Below are positions 15,205-28,734 of a stretch of 64,000 nt of DNA, in pieces. The number at the start of each line of letters is the position of its first letter. Positions within the stretch are counted from its first letter, which is position 1. Origin of the DNA: Octopus sinensis (Eukaryota); NCBI RefSeq assembly GCF_006345805.1, contig NC_043001.1:132804001-132868000 (forward strand). The letters are read 5' to 3'. The position numbers were made by a program, and so were the translations under genes. A model generated the notes under the pieces. That model saw only the letters and a program-made list of their open reading frames with translations, had not been told where the DNA came from and ran no database searches.

Positions 15205-15650
15205 GTTTCAAATTTTGGCACAGGACTAGCAGTTTGAGGGATGGGATAAGTCAATTACATCAACCCCAGTCCTCACCCTACTTATTTTATCAGCCCCACA
15301 AAAAAAAATAAAAGGTAGTCAACCTCGATGGAATATCAACTCAGAACATAAAGAGAGAAAAAATGTCACTAAGCCTTTTGCCCAGCACAGTAATGATTCT
15401 TCCAGCTCACTACCTTATAGTGTATGATATTATCGGCTTCAAATTTTGGCACAAGGCCAGAAAGTTTGGAGGAGGGTTTAAGTCAGTTGCACCAACCTCA
15501 GTGCTTAACTGGTACTTATTTTATTGACCCTGAAAGGATGACAGGCAAATTTGACTTCAGCAACATTTGAACTCAGAATGTAAAGACAGAAAAAATGCTG
15601 TTAAGCAATTTGCCCAGTATGCTATAGTGATTCTACCAACTCAATACCTT
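15205..15650 (-). mobile_element. Two adjacent family B SINEs
   Basis: Two units of ttcaaattttggcaca...ggtacttattttat...gaactcagaa...ccagctca in the same orientation. Confidence 0.8.
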
Positions 15651-15659
15651 AGTGTATGA

Positions 15660-16005
15660 TGATGATGATCATCATCATCATCATCATTATCATCATCATC
15701 ACCATCATCATCATCATTTAATACCCATTGTCCATGCTGGCATGGGTTGAACGGTTTGACCAGGGCTGGCAAGCTGGAAGGCTGCACCAGACTTCAGTCT
15801 GATTTGGCATGGTTTTCTACAGCTGGATGCCCTTCCTAATGCCAACCACTCCAAGAGTGTAATGGGTGCTTTTACGTGCCACCAGCATGGGTACCATTTA
15901 TGTGATACCATTATCTGCCATGACTGTGATTTTGCTTGGCTTGATGGGTCTTCTTCTCAAGCACGACAATGCCAAAGGTCTCAATCATTGCCTCTGTGAG
16001 CCCCA
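15660..16005 (-). mobile_element. Family D SINE / RTE 3' end with (GAT)n tail
   Basis: tttctacagctggatgcccttcctaatgccaacc core, (ATC)n on plus. More decayed copies at ~16110-16340, 17040-17320, 39710-39870 and 58060-58190. Confidence 0.8.
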
Positions 16006-18140
16006 AGAAATGAAATAAACATGAACATAACTGCATATATGATTATAATGACTCTTCTAAGAGGACTCTCCTATGGTGTCGTTGTTTAGTATATATATAA
16101 AAATCATCATAATCATCCTCATTATTTTATGCCCACTTTCCATGCAGGCTTGGAGTGGACAAGCCACTACAGTCACAGTCAACATGTATTCAAGGAGGAA
16201 ACTGTTCATCTAGATGGGCTGTAAGGCCTGATCTCACTGTTATTGTATTTTTGGTTTGGTTTCTACAGCTAGATGCCATCCCTAACACCAACCACTTTTC
16301 AGAGTGTGCTGGGTGCATTTTTCATGGCACTAGTGTCATGCCTTCAAGGAGACGAAAAGGTCTTCACAACCTCACACTGTGCAGGTGTGTTATTTGCCTG
16401 CCATCATCATTAAAGAAATAGCCTTGGCACAACTTGCTAGTTTCATTACAGAGTGAGAAGCATGAATGATAGAGATGAGAGGAATATGTGATAGGGGAAG
16501 AAATGATAATAATACTTAGTAACCTAAGATAGCTACATATATACAAGGCAACATGGTTGAGATGGCAATATGGTGACAGAAGTCTAGGCGCAGAATGATG
16601 ACAGAAGCCCAGGATGTGTGAGAAAAAGAGAATAAGAGTATGCTGGCAGACTGAGCTACACAGGGTGACAACAAACAATATAAGAAGCGGGGTAAAAGTA
16701 GAGTAAACTAGGCACAAGTGGTTCCATGTAGTTACCAATGCATAGATGATAAGTAAGACAAGTCCAGGGATGAGTACAGTCACATTACGAATGGAAAGAG
16801 GGTGGGTTCTGTATTAGTGAGTGACACAAAAGGAGTGATGGAAAAGAGGATCAGAGCAGGTGCAGTGACAACAGATATTCACTGCCTTCCTCAGACACAC
16901 CAGGAACATAGGACAATGAGAAATAAGAAGAGGAGAGTAAGAGATCAATAACAGGTATAGGTGAAATAATGCAATGCATGGTGAACACAAAAGACCAACA
17001 ATAAAAGCGTGAGTAAATGAGTATGTCTGGGTATATACCATTATCATCATCGTTTGATGTCATTTTTCCATGCTGCCATGAGGTGGATGATTTGATAGGA
17101 GCTGGCAAACCAGAAGACTACACCAGGCTTCGCTGTCTGTTTTGGCATGGTTTTTACAGCTGGATGCCCTTCATAATGCCAACCACCGTACAGAATGGTC
17201 TAGGTGTTTTTTATGTGCACCAGTACTGGCAAGGTTTGCTTTGGTACAGATTTTACAGTTGGATGCTCTTCCAAATGTCAACCACTTAACAATATGGATT
17301 GGATGCTTTTTACATGGCACTAGCTATATATATATATATTGTTGGCATAATAAGAATTTTACAATAATTCTTTTTTGGGAGCAGTAGATCTCGAGGCTCA
17401 TAAAGACAGGTATTCTACCATTGGACCAAAGTAATCCTTTGAATTTCTCTCTCCATTTTAGAAACTTTATTCTTACCAGCAAGAATTGTAAGTCATTGAC
17501 ATCATAAGAATTTTATAAGCTTCCAAGAGAATGTGAAATAATTATTTTTTGAAACAGTGGATCTTGAAAAACACAAAGCTATAAATAATAGTATGTAAAT
17601 ACTTAGTTGAAAAATCCTTTTTGGATAGAAAAGTCAAAAGCTGCCCATAGGCCTCAAATCCAAGTCTCCTGTAGACATAGCAAGTGTTCTTCCAATGGAT
17701 CATACAATCAATATTTGATGAAAGCGGCATATGGTAAATCTGTGTCTTTATAATGCTTCACTACACTTTACTACTTCCTGAATGTAACTGATAGTTTTTA
17801 ATCTAAACAGTAAACTATATACTTTACACGTTACCAAAAAGGTTTGGACAAACATCAGAAAGATAATAGGGTGTCATACTTTGGATCAAAAACCCATGCT
17901 TGTAATTATCAAAAGCTGTATCAGTGTATAATTCCATAGAAATTACATATACAGAGAAAATAACTGTTTTTTATGACAAGCTTGTTGTTCTTGGATTTGA
18001 AAAAAAAAGTGTTTTTCATTTTGTTTATGAAGATTTTATAACTAATCACATGGACAAAAAATTTCAAAATCTCATATATGGATAAATTTTAGCAAGGAAA
18101 GGTCAATTGGAAAAAGTAGACATTTTTTTAAATTATCTAA

Positions 18141-18288
18141 CCCTTCGGCATTTAAACTGGCCATATCTGACCCAGGTATTCTACTTGTTTCATGTTCAAA
18201 CCAGCCAAACAATCACATCATCAAAATCTCAAAATTATGTGATAATTACATAATTATCTTTTGAGAGAGTAATCTGAATGCTAAAGGG
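18141..18288. mobile_element. piggyBac-type MITE (family 2)
   Basis: (c)TAA-CCCTTCGGCATT...AATGCTAAAGGG-TTAA. Related copies at ~37989-38204, 39307-39526 and 45784-45988. Confidence 0.75.
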
Positions 18289-18379
18289 TTAAGAATTGAT
18301 AATGAAACATTTATGAACACAAGTAGCAAAATACAAACTGGATACAGCTTTTGGTAATAAAACTAGTTCTTTCATTTAC

Positions 18380-18549
18380 CTTGAACATAAACTCCTTTCT
18401 CTGGGTGTTCTTTCAAACTCATTGACGATTTTGTATCCTTTCCGAGTAAATCATGGATTTCCTCATTGTAAATTTCAAGATATGAAGCTCGTATGAGAAA
18501 TTTTGTGTTTTCAGCAATAGACACCGTTTCAAATATGTGTTCAAATGAC
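18380..18549 (-). CDS. KIF17: Internal coding exon of a kinesin-2 (KIF17/OSM-3-like) motor domain
   Basis: Minus strand ttttctttttcctttcag|G...CAAG|gtaaat, 170 nt (1+56 codons+1). Translates to (R)[56 protein letters not shown], which contains the kinesin SYLEIYNE motif and closely matches KIF17 as I recall it ([18 protein letters not shown]...[11 protein letters not shown]). Not in the ORF track because it has no ATG in this frame. Confidence 0.93.
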
Positions 18550-20639
18550 CTGAAAGGAAAAAGAAAAAATAGATCATCACCATCATTATCATCTTCCTTC
18601 TTGAAACAACACCACTAGGAATATTTGAACTTAACACAGGAACTATAAAAAAAAACATACATTGGTAAGGTAGTAGAAACATTAGTGTCAGACTAATTGT
18701 TCTTACATTATTTAGTCCCACACATTTATATTTTGAGTTCAAAATGCTACTAAGATTAGTTTAGGGAATGTTATATGCAACCAACAGGTTGCATATAAAG
18801 TTCTCTATTACAATTCTATCCAAGTAGAATTGATCAAAGATTCATATAAATAACATACAGCAATAATATCAGCAAAGCCTTTTAATACTCCAGGCACAAA
18901 AACCATTTGGAAAAATTGCCTACATAAGAGCTCCATTCAACTCTTACCTCATATCTCTTGCAAACTTTGGATCATATGATTATTTTCAAACATTTTTATT
19001 GCAGTATGTGTTGATAAAGGCCTTTTGACACATATTCCATTAACTCTGGTGGGTCTCAATGCTCAGCAATGTCATGCATACTCTGTTTTGCCTATATGAA
19101 TGACCCACTAATTGTTTCTTCCAACCAGATACATTCATATGTAAATAACACCACACTTCAAAAGTAACACACTTATAACTCTACTAGTGTACAAATTCCA
19201 AAAATTTTACTGATCCCACACTATAATAGTGTCCCCATATATCAGAAGAAACAGAAGGTTCACACAACCAAAATGCTTCTAACAAAACCTCTTCAACCTC
19301 ACTAGTTCTGGGAAGGCCTATAAATGTTGTAGACACAGATTCTTCTCTCTCTGGACAAAAATGCAGCACACACGTGCACACACACAGAGTAAACTTATCA
19401 CAGTCTACTACTTAGTAGAACACTAGGTTTTGGCATTTAATGTGTTAACACTTCAGAAGTTCTCTGGACAATGTCCCACTAATATTCTACATAGTCCAAT
19501 GCTTCACATTTCTTTTTCTGCATGATTAAAATTTTGAAAAATTGTTTTCTCTGTATGAATGAAAATAGATGGAAACCGGAGATATGATCATTTTTATTGC
19601 AAATGTATCAAAAGTCATATTCATTTTCTTGTATATCACCATGATAATATCAGATGTCAATCATTTACTAGAATCATTTATTGGAATCTAAATGCTAAAT
19701 TAAATAATAATAGCAAAACATTTATAATTTTGAGTGGAAGGAGTGGAGCAGACAGTACAATTTCTTTTCATGTTTTTCTTAGTGGTGCTTTTAAGCTCAA
19801 TCTGTGGAACGTAGTATTACCAATCATCATTAAACCTGATAATAGAGTTAACAAGATCACTCTAAAATAATAACTTCTTCACTAGTGCAAGGCTACAAAT
19901 TTCAAGGGAAGAGGGCCTCTTTTGTTTTGTTTTTTTGTTTTTTTGTTTTTTTCTATCAACAAAATCATTGCCATCTTAACAGAGTCTGAAAGACCTCGTA
20001 AAATTTGTGGGCACTGCTCCTTCTATTTTGGATACACTTGTATTCTTTTATTTTTTTGCTCATTTCAATCATCAAACTGCAGTTATGTTAGGACACTGTC
20101 TTCAGGGATTTTGGACAATCCTACTGACTCCAGTACTTATTTCAGTCTGGTACTTATTTTTATCAAACTATTTTTATCACGTGACTAAGCTACCTTTGAC
20201 ACAACACCATTTTTTACACCTATAAAACTAAATGCACAAAGTATGGCTTAGCTGTGGTTTATTTTGCAAGAGATTTATTTTCCAACCACTCGGTTTCAGA
20301 TTCAGTCCTAAAGCACAGCATCATGAATAAGTGTCCTCTACTATGGCCTTAAGCTGACCAATACCATGCAAGCGAGTAGCAGATGGAAATTGTAGGAAGC
20401 CCATCTTCTGTATATGTGTGTATGTGGAAGCGGGGCTACACGGGGGTGCAGTGAGGAGTGCAGTGTGTGTGTGGTGTATGCAAATGTGTGAATGTTAATA
20501 CCCTGCTCAGCAAAATGCTCATGGAGTTGATCTTTTTTGATGCTATGACTGGTTGATCTGCATCTTCAAAGACCTCTGTGATATAATAAAAAACTTCCTT
20601 GACTAAGAAAAGCATGCAAAAGTTAGTGACAGAAAAGGT

Positions 20640-20887
20640 TGGCTGTGTGATTAAGACGTTTTCTTTGCAACCATGTGGTTCCAGGTGCATTCAACTGCAT
20701 GGCATCTTAAGCCATGTATCTTTCACTATAGCAACAAGCCAGCTGCAAGCTTGTGAGTGAATTTAGTAGATGGAAACTGGAAAGAAACCCATTGTACCTA
20801 TCTAACTAGTTTATATGTGTGTGTGTAAGCACATATATATGCATGTGTGTGTATGTATATATATATATATATATACACATAGGTATG

Positions 20888-20951
<64 letters not shown>

Positions 20952-20978
20952 GGTATATATATATACACATATACATAG

Positions 20979-21021
<43 letters not shown>

Positions 21022-21042
21022 TATATGCATAGGTATATATGT

Positions 21043-21088
<46 letters not shown>

Positions 21089-21225
21089 TATATATATACA
21101 TAGGTATATATGTATATATACATACATATATATACATAGGCATATATATACACACATATACATAGGTAAATATATATATATATATATATTTACCTATGTA
21201 TATACATATATACATACACATACAT

Positions 21226-21269
<44 letters not shown>

Positions 21270-21580
21270 CTATGTATTTATATATGTGTGTGAGTGTGTG
21301 TATAAATGTGTGTGCTTGTATATTTATGTGTATGTGTATAATATATATACATGCATGTATGTGTATGTGTGAGTCCTTGTCTTGTCAGCATGCACAAATT
21401 GTAAATAAACTCAATTGTCATACAAGTGGCCCTGTTTACTTACAATCTTCCTTGTAAAGATGGTGAAACTTGAGGAAAATATTACCTTGCTTGGAAATAG
21501 GTGGAGGTTGACAGCAGGAGACCATCCAGCATAGGAAATCTGCTGCAGCAAATCTTGCCTGACCCATGCAAATACGTGAC
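20640..21580 (+). mobile_element. Family C-type SINE split by an expanded internal microsatellite
   Basis: Head 20640-20795, ~570 bp of TA/TG repeats, then tail (ttaccttgcttggaaataggtg...catccagc) as in the compact copy at 56027-56545. Confidence 0.7.
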
Positions 21581-21613
21581 AGCATGCAAATATGTGATGA
21601 GATCATTGCTACC

Positions 21614-22215
21614 TATTTCTTTACTACTCACAAGGGGCTAAACACAGAGAGGACAAACAAGGACAGACAAACGGATTAAGTCGATTATATCGACCCCAGT
21701 GCGTAACTGGTACTTATTTACTCGACCCCGAAAGGATGAAAGGCAAAGTCGACCTCAGCGGAATTTGAACTCAGAACGTAGCGGCAGACGAAATACCTAT
21801 TTCTTTACTACTCACAAGGGGCTAAACACAGAGAGGACAAACAAGGACAGACAAACGGATTAAGTCGATTATATCGACCCCAGTGCGTAACTGGTACTTA
21901 TTTACTCGACCCCGAAAGGATGAAAGGCAAAGTCGACCTCAGCGGAATTTGAACTCAGAACGTAGCGGCAGACGAAATACCTATTTCTTTACTACCCACA
22001 AGGGGCTAAACACAGAGAGGACAAACAAGGACAGACAAACGGATTAAGTCGATTATATCGACCCCAGTGCATAACTGGTACTTATTTACTCGACCCCGAA
22101 AGGATGAAAGGCAAAGTCGACCTCGGCGAAATTTGAACTCAGATCGTAGCGGCAGACGAAATACCGCTAAGCATTTCGCCCGACGTGCTAACGGTTCTGC
22201 CAGCTCGCTGCCTTT
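21614..22215 (-). mobile_element. SINE family A: one head plus three tandem 184-bp bodies
   Basis: Units start at 21611, 21795 and 21979; a single TSD agatcattgctacc at 21600-21613 and 22216-22229. Confidence 0.92.
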
Positions 22216-22574
22216 AGATCATTGCTACCAATTTTTAGTCCCAAAATAGTAAATAGTTCCAGTTGGTACAAATATAACAATGATATCACCATCAGCAGAT
22301 GGCTATCAAGTGAATCTCTACATGGTTTACATGATTGCTTGACCTTCTACCAACACTTTTAGCTCTTATGCAACTATCTTATAAAAAAAAGAAAAGATAC
22401 GCTTGATTATGCAATCCTGAATACAGTATAGTAGAAGAAGTAAGAAATCTGGAGAGGATTTGGTTGCTGGTTGAACTTTAATTGATATCTACAGGCCATA
22501 GTTCTGCTTGATCAGAGCTGATCTGGAATTATGCAATATCAATAATACACCATGCAAGTGTACTAGAGTTGTAA

Positions 22575-22577
22575 TAA

Positions 22578-22610
<33 letters not shown>

Positions 22611-22885
22611 TGTGTACAGTGCTCAGGTGCACTACAACTCATCTAAAGTGTATATATAATCAGGTGTAGTTTCGGCGGATTTCGGAAAGCATGAGGGCCT
22701 TAAAGGATGCAGTGTCATGGCAGTCAACAACTCTGAGCGTGAAAAAATGTTTCCGAAAGTCATGGGAGCTGTGTTGTTTTCTGACTTTGTAGGCATGTCC
22801 ACGTGTGTTAGACACATGGAGATCAAAAAGGTGTTCAGTGTTGTTGTTGGTGAGGTGGTTGATAACTTTGTGGGTGTTTACAAAT
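22575..22885 (-). mobile_element. 3' fragment of a CR1-type LINE
   Basis: Translates HKVINHL...SNTRGHAYKVRKQHSSHDFRKHFFTLRVV (CR1 ORF2 C-terminal TRGH...FF..RVV), followed by an (ATT)n tail. Confidence 0.8.
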
Positions 22886-24572
22886 AATGTATGATGCAGA
22901 CGTCATCCCCATTCATTCATTTTACTTTATGTAGCTGTATTTACCATCGCAGTCAGTAACCTAAAGAGAAATGAATTCTCCCAAGGTTGCTTGTTCTTCA
23001 CACTTAACATAAAGTATTCAGTTAAGGATCATCAAAATACTAAAGAAGACAGGAGCTAACATGAGTACAAAACATGCGATTTTGAACTAATATGGAAAAG
23101 AAAAACAGATTCTACACAATTCTTTATATTATTATAAGCGAAAGAACTAATGAATAACAACTTGAAAGTATATCATATATTCACTCTAAAATCTGTAACT
23201 TTGCATTAAACAAATTTCATAATCAAATTTACACTTGGCAGGGTCCGTTCTTTATAAAATCATCAGTCTAAGAAATACTGACATAACACATTCTTTCAAC
23301 ATTACTAAAAGGGTTATCTTCAATTTTCTTTCTATCAATTAACACTTAAATGATATATTTCTCAGAAGCAATTATCTTATTTTACTTCATCAACAAACAT
23401 GGAATCCTTACAAAGTAGCCATTTACTTTTATATATTTATACACTTTGTCTTTAATTGGTGCCAAATAATTCCTTTTCAGATTATTTTGACAACTCATTA
23501 TCTAGTTAAGATTTTATGTTAATATTGTTCCTGCTAACTAAATTGGCTGGCTACTTTTCTAAGTCAATTCAAACAGAGAAAGTATTAAATTAAAAATTGA
23601 ATTGGTTTCAAAGATTAAATTTAATTGCAATTTCTGAGAGAAAATTTATATATCTTTACTTGACAAAGGTTTCATTAAGCAGTTGCTGCTTTAAATATTT
23701 ATAAACGAAGCATTATAAATGTGTTTTTGCATATTTTGTTTTTATATACTTTGTTGTTGTTTTTTTCTTTTTTAAATCAGTTGTTTTGTTGTTTTTTTGT
23801 CCTTAGTTCCAACAAAGATTTTAAATATTACTGATTATTTTCTTCATTAACTTAACATTGTTAATAACCCTTTCCAAAAATAATTAAAATGCATTTTATT
23901 TTACATGTAGATCTTTCATGCAATGATATAATTACAAACTAAAAGGTGTGAAAAATATTTAGTCATTTAGAGAAAAGTTTACTCACAAAATTACAGAAAT
24001 TTCAATAAATAACCAGATAAGAAATTTAGCTGCAGGAAATATCTTTAGAGTGACTAATGGTAAATATTACAACAGATAAATTCGAGATACACCATTTAAT
24101 ATGTTATCTAGTTATTTTTCTCCATATTTCATTTTTCCTGCTTCCCCTATTAGATCATTATTCCACACAAGTGTTTCTATTGTGTGATTATTCTATTGTA
24201 GCTTCAATGTCCACTGCTTTAGGGAGCTTTCCCCTCTTGGCCTCACATTCCTTTCACAATCATTGATCTTGTGTGTAATACATCAACATTTAACTTGTTA
24301 TTGGCATGATTATGGTTGGTTGAAGCAATTCATATCTCTTATTTGAAATGTCTTCTTTATATTCTGGCATTAAGAGAAGACCTGGCTACAAATTAACAGA
24401 CATTACACCTAGCAAAATAACTGCATCAAATCTAAACACCTAATCATTGGTGATATAACAGAGCTAATGATGAATATGTTGACAAAACGAGAAATAGAGC
24501 CCACAAATAGAGCAGGGTGACAAAACCAGTAGAGCACTTGAATAAGAGCTTAGCAATATATTTATATATATA

Positions 24573-24666
<94 letters not shown>

Positions 24667-24703
24667 GTATGTATATGTATGTGTAGGTGTATGTATATGT
24701 ATA

Positions 24704-24737
<34 letters not shown>

Positions 24738-24738
<1 letters not shown>

Positions 24739-24890
24739 TGGCGTTAGGAAGGGCATCCAGCTGTAGAAACATTGCCAGATTAGACTGGAGCCTGGTTCAG
24801 CCTTCTGGCTTCCCAGAACCCCGGTCGAACCGTCCAACCCATGCTAGCATGGAGAACGGACGTTAAACGATGATGATGATGATGATGATG
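24738..24890 (+). mobile_element. 5'-truncated family D SINE within (TA)n
   Basis: ttggcgttaggaagggcatccagctgtagaaac...ggacgttaaac(GAT)n. Confidence 0.85.
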
Positions 24891-24989
<99 letters not shown>

Positions 24990-25061
24990 CATATGTATGT
25001 ATGTATGTATGTATGGAAAAAAAGTCAAGGTAGAAAATGCTAAAATAATTTTATAAAAAAC

Positions 25062-25403
25062 ATTTCGGTACCAGTTTCGGTCATTGAGACCTTTTCGACT
25101 GTAAGTATGGAAAACAATTAAATTTTGGAAAAATTAAATTATAAGTTTTTTAAAAGAATATTCGCATAGTGTTTCTGCCTGTCTCTGTTTCTCTTGTTTG
25201 CTCTTGGGGGTTTGGGGTCATTGTGAATTCTTGGCAGAGAAGAAGAAGAAGAGGAAGAAGGAGGAGGAGGTTGTGGTGGTGGTGGTGGTGGTGGAGGAGA
25301 AGAAGAAGAAGAAGCAGGAGGAGGAGGAGGTAGTGGTGGAGGTGGTGGAGGAGGAGATGGATGTGGAGGAGGAGGAGGAGGAGGAGGAGGAGGAGAAGAA
25401 GAA

Positions 25404-25438
<35 letters not shown>

Positions 25439-25709
25439 AGAAGAGAAGAAGAAGAATGCGGGAGTACTACTATCATCGCACTCCCACATTCTTCTTCTTC
25501 TTCTTCTCTGCCAAGAATTCACAATGACCTCGAACCCACAAGAGTAAACAAGAGAGACAGAGACAGACAGAAACAAGGAAAATGCCCCTTGTATTTGAAT
25601 ACTACGCAAATATTCTTTTAAAAAACTTTTAATTTAAATTTTCCAAAATTTAATTGCTTTCTATACTTACAGTTGAAAAAGTCTCTATGACTGAAACTGG
25701 TACTGAAAT
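25062..25709. repeat. Foldback inverted repeat of a PLE pseudo-LTR-like sequence, with a GAA/GAG/GGT expansion in the left arm
   Basis: 25062-25250 is the reverse complement of ~25488-25709 (26-bp indel). Symmetry continues to gaagaatgcgggagt-(loop)-actcccacattcttc at ~25451-25494. Confidence 0.9.
25670..25705 (+). ncRNA. Minimal hammerhead-ribozyme-like motif (mirror copy at 25066-25101, minus)
   Basis: cag TTGAAAA AGTC tctat GACT GAAA CTGG TA ctg; mirror copy cag TCGAAAA GGTC tcaat GACC GAAA CTGG TA ccg. Confidence 0.6.
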
Positions 25710-25722
25710 ATATATGTATACA

Positions 25723-25775
<53 letters not shown>

Positions 25776-25925
25776 TATGTATGTATGTATGTATGTATGT
25801 ATGTATGTATGTATGTATGTTTATATATGTGTATATATTTAAATGTATATATGTATATATATGTGTATGTATATATGTATGTATGTATATATGTATATAT
25901 ATATATAGGTATGTGTGTGTGTATG

Positions 25926-25958
<33 letters not shown>

Positions 25959-26541
25959 TTATATGTGTGTGTATGTGTGTCTGAGTGTGTGTGTGTGTGT
26001 GTGTGAGTGTATTTGAAAAAATTAGTAGAGATGGCTTTCGGGGAGGATAATTTTTATTTTAATGGTAATATTTACAGTTACTCTAATGAGTTTCAAGATT
26101 TTTGATAGCCGTTTTCAAACTAAAATTCTGTGGTTTAGAAGGATATTTATATAGCAAAAGATTTTTTCTTACAAGCATAGAAAATAGGAAATAAAAGACG
26201 GAAAAAAAAAATAAAGAGTATAAAAACTAATATAAAAATTAATATAAAAAATAATAAAAGAATACAAAAGTAAATACACCAGCATGTGTAAAAAAAGAAG
26301 AAAGAAGAAAAGAAGAAGAAAAATGGAAAAAAGAAAAGGAAAAAGGTGGAAAGTAAGAAGAGAAAAAGTAGTTGAAAATGGTAGTGAGAAGAGATTAGTC
26401 TATCAGGAATAAAGACAGAATAATTTTAGGAGTAGTCAAAAACGTTGTTGAGTTCTTGTCAAAAGATGACCTTTGTGAATTTTTTGTTTTGGGGTCACTT
26501 TTTTCATTTTTCACAGTTGGTATTGTGTGCCCTTATTTAGT

Positions 26542-26572
<31 letters not shown>

Positions 26573-26655
26573 CAATCATCAAAGCAAAAATATCTCAACC
26601 ACAACCCTCAGAGGAAAACAAACACACAAAAACAAATATAAAAATGAACTCATAA

Positions 26656-27170
26656 GTGTTCCTTTTGCCCTCACCCACAAACCAAGAAATCACATCATCA
26701 ACACTGCAAAATGATAGATCACAATCCTTCAGCATTCAAGAACGAACCAATCCAATTAATAACAAACTCAAAAATAATTTATCACAGTTAAAAAAATGTG
26801 GTGGCCCTCATTGTGGAATGTGTGACTACATTGAAGAGGGAGTACAAATTAATTTGAAAAACAATGACACTTTCAAAATAAATGCGAATATGAACTGCAG
26901 ATCCAGGAATTCAATCTACTGTGCCACATGTCCTGAATGCAACGAATACTACATTGGTGAAGCAGGCATCAGACTATATGAGAGAGGAAGGGTACACAAA
27001 CAACAGATCTATGACCCATCCATTCGAAACATAACTTGTAGTGAACGTTTTGAAAAATGTGGAAAAAGAAAATGCAAAATAGTCACTTTTTTCAAACTGT
27101 GGACAGAAAATGAACATTTTCATAAGGCCAAGGAAGAATATTTTATTTAAAAATATCATCCTATTTTGAT
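26656..27170 (+). mobile_element. PLE GIY-YIG endonuclease fragment (Neptune-like)
   Basis: CGGPHCGMC...NCRSRNSIYCATCPECNEYYIGEAG..L.ER...H: cysteine motif followed by GIY-YIG; premature stop near the end. Confidence 0.88.
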
Positions 27171-28001
27171 GATTACACTATTTTCCTTTCTATGATGTTC
27201 TGTATTATGTATATTTTTTGTGACTTTATGTAAGCAAGTCTCCTTTTCACTAAATCATAAACCCATAAAAACTATAAAATAATACATACATATTGTAACA
27301 TTACAAATTATAAAATCTCTTCAGTCTAAATATCTTTAACTGCCCTCAATACTTCCATACCTATTACACCCACTTTTCGGATTACCTTTATCTCTTCCCT
27401 ACCTCTAATTTTAATCCCGTCTCTTTTATATGTAGGTTATATGTATTTCTTATTATTTTGTTTTCTTATTTTGATATCCTTACTTATTAACCACTTATTC
27501 CTTATAAATTGGTGTTTTTCTTGTTCTTAAATAGATATTTTTCAGTTACTTAAGTCTATGTGAGACATTTATACTATATCCATATAAATGTATAAATATT
27601 TGTGTATGTATATATATGTGTATATGCACATATATAAATATGTGTGTATCTGCATGCATCTTTACATTTTTCTGATGCATGACTTAAAATTAATAGACAG
27701 CATGTATATCTTTCCAGTTATCCCATAAGGAAATGCCCTGAGCAGTCTTTATAGAAACCACCTAATAAGTAATTAATTAAGTACATGAATGAACATTAAA
27801 GTAATTCTAAGTAATCTTCCTTTTTAATGTTTATAATTTATATATATACACACCTTTTACCTATTTAGGTTATGATATCATTTTTTAAATTATTAAAATT
27901 TTACTTTTATACAACATAACAATATTGTTTATAAACAATCACCTATAATGCCCCTAAATAAAATTTCCTCTGTCTTAACATCTTAGGTTTCTTGGCACCT
28001 T

Positions 28002-28275
28002 GCCCCTTTAACTGGTAATTAACATCATGATTTAAAGTCTACCCCTACCCTACTTCTTTTTATAGACAGTTACTTATATCCAACTGACTAATCTTAATGT
28101 CTTATTTCTTCCCTGGAAAAAAAGGGATACATAAGATAATATTTATGACTTTACCTAGCCATGAGCTGTCAACTCACTCCTGTCCTTTATTCGAAACAGA
28201 CAGTCTTCTACTCTTAAATTTAGTAGTTGATAAAGAGATAAGTGAATTAGAAATGAATTGCAATCACTTACAACC
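28002..28275. repeat. Dispersed repeat homologous to 37453-37690
   Basis: Shared cccctttaactggtaattaacatc...tatagacagttactt...ctgtcaactcactc...tttagtagttgataa; the second copy abuts the 5' side of the Naiad-like RT. Confidence 0.75.
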
Positions 28276-28434
28276 ATATGATCCCACTATGTTCCATGCA
28301 ATTCTTAGAAGTGTAGTCAGTCCTTGGCTACAATAGTGACAACATGAATTTCTTCCATTTTCCTACTCTGTTAAAATATTTGAGAAAAATTATATAAATG
28401 TGTCCTACTTGTTGAAATTATATTTATTCATGTG

Positions 28435-28520
28435 TGCAGCTGAAGTTGGCACTGCATTTAGATTGATGTAACGATTGCAATGTTCAATTAAATGGAACCC
28501 CTTGAAATGGTCGTACTGCA
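28435..28520 (+). ncRNA. Hammerhead-like motif, copy 1
   Basis: tgcag CTGAAGT [long hairpin] GAAA TGGTCG TA ctgca. Confidence 0.6.
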
Positions 28521-28734
28521 TCGCTACTTAATATCCAGTTGCTTATTTTAATTTTATTCACCTTACTTCAAGTGGTGCGGACTGACTTGGTGCTTCAAAT
28601 TAAGTACTGAATTCAACTGAATCTTAATTATGTGTTGGTGTGTGTGTGTGTGTGTGTGTGTGTGAGTGTGTGCGTGTGCATCTGTGCATGTGTGTTTGTG
28701 TGTATGTATATAAATAATATAACTATTCTGCCTA

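Noticed and set aside
17542-17730. Minus ORF with WKN and AYGQ near the kinesin exon
   Set aside because: No SSRSH or GxGKS, wrong motif order, and the required splice phase hits a stop.
22945-22960. 16-nt AG..GT micro-exon candidate on minus
   Set aside because: Weak donor, no kinesin match, expected by chance.
25139-25621. Poly-P/S/E/R ORFs
   Set aside because: Products of the triplet expansion inside the foldback.
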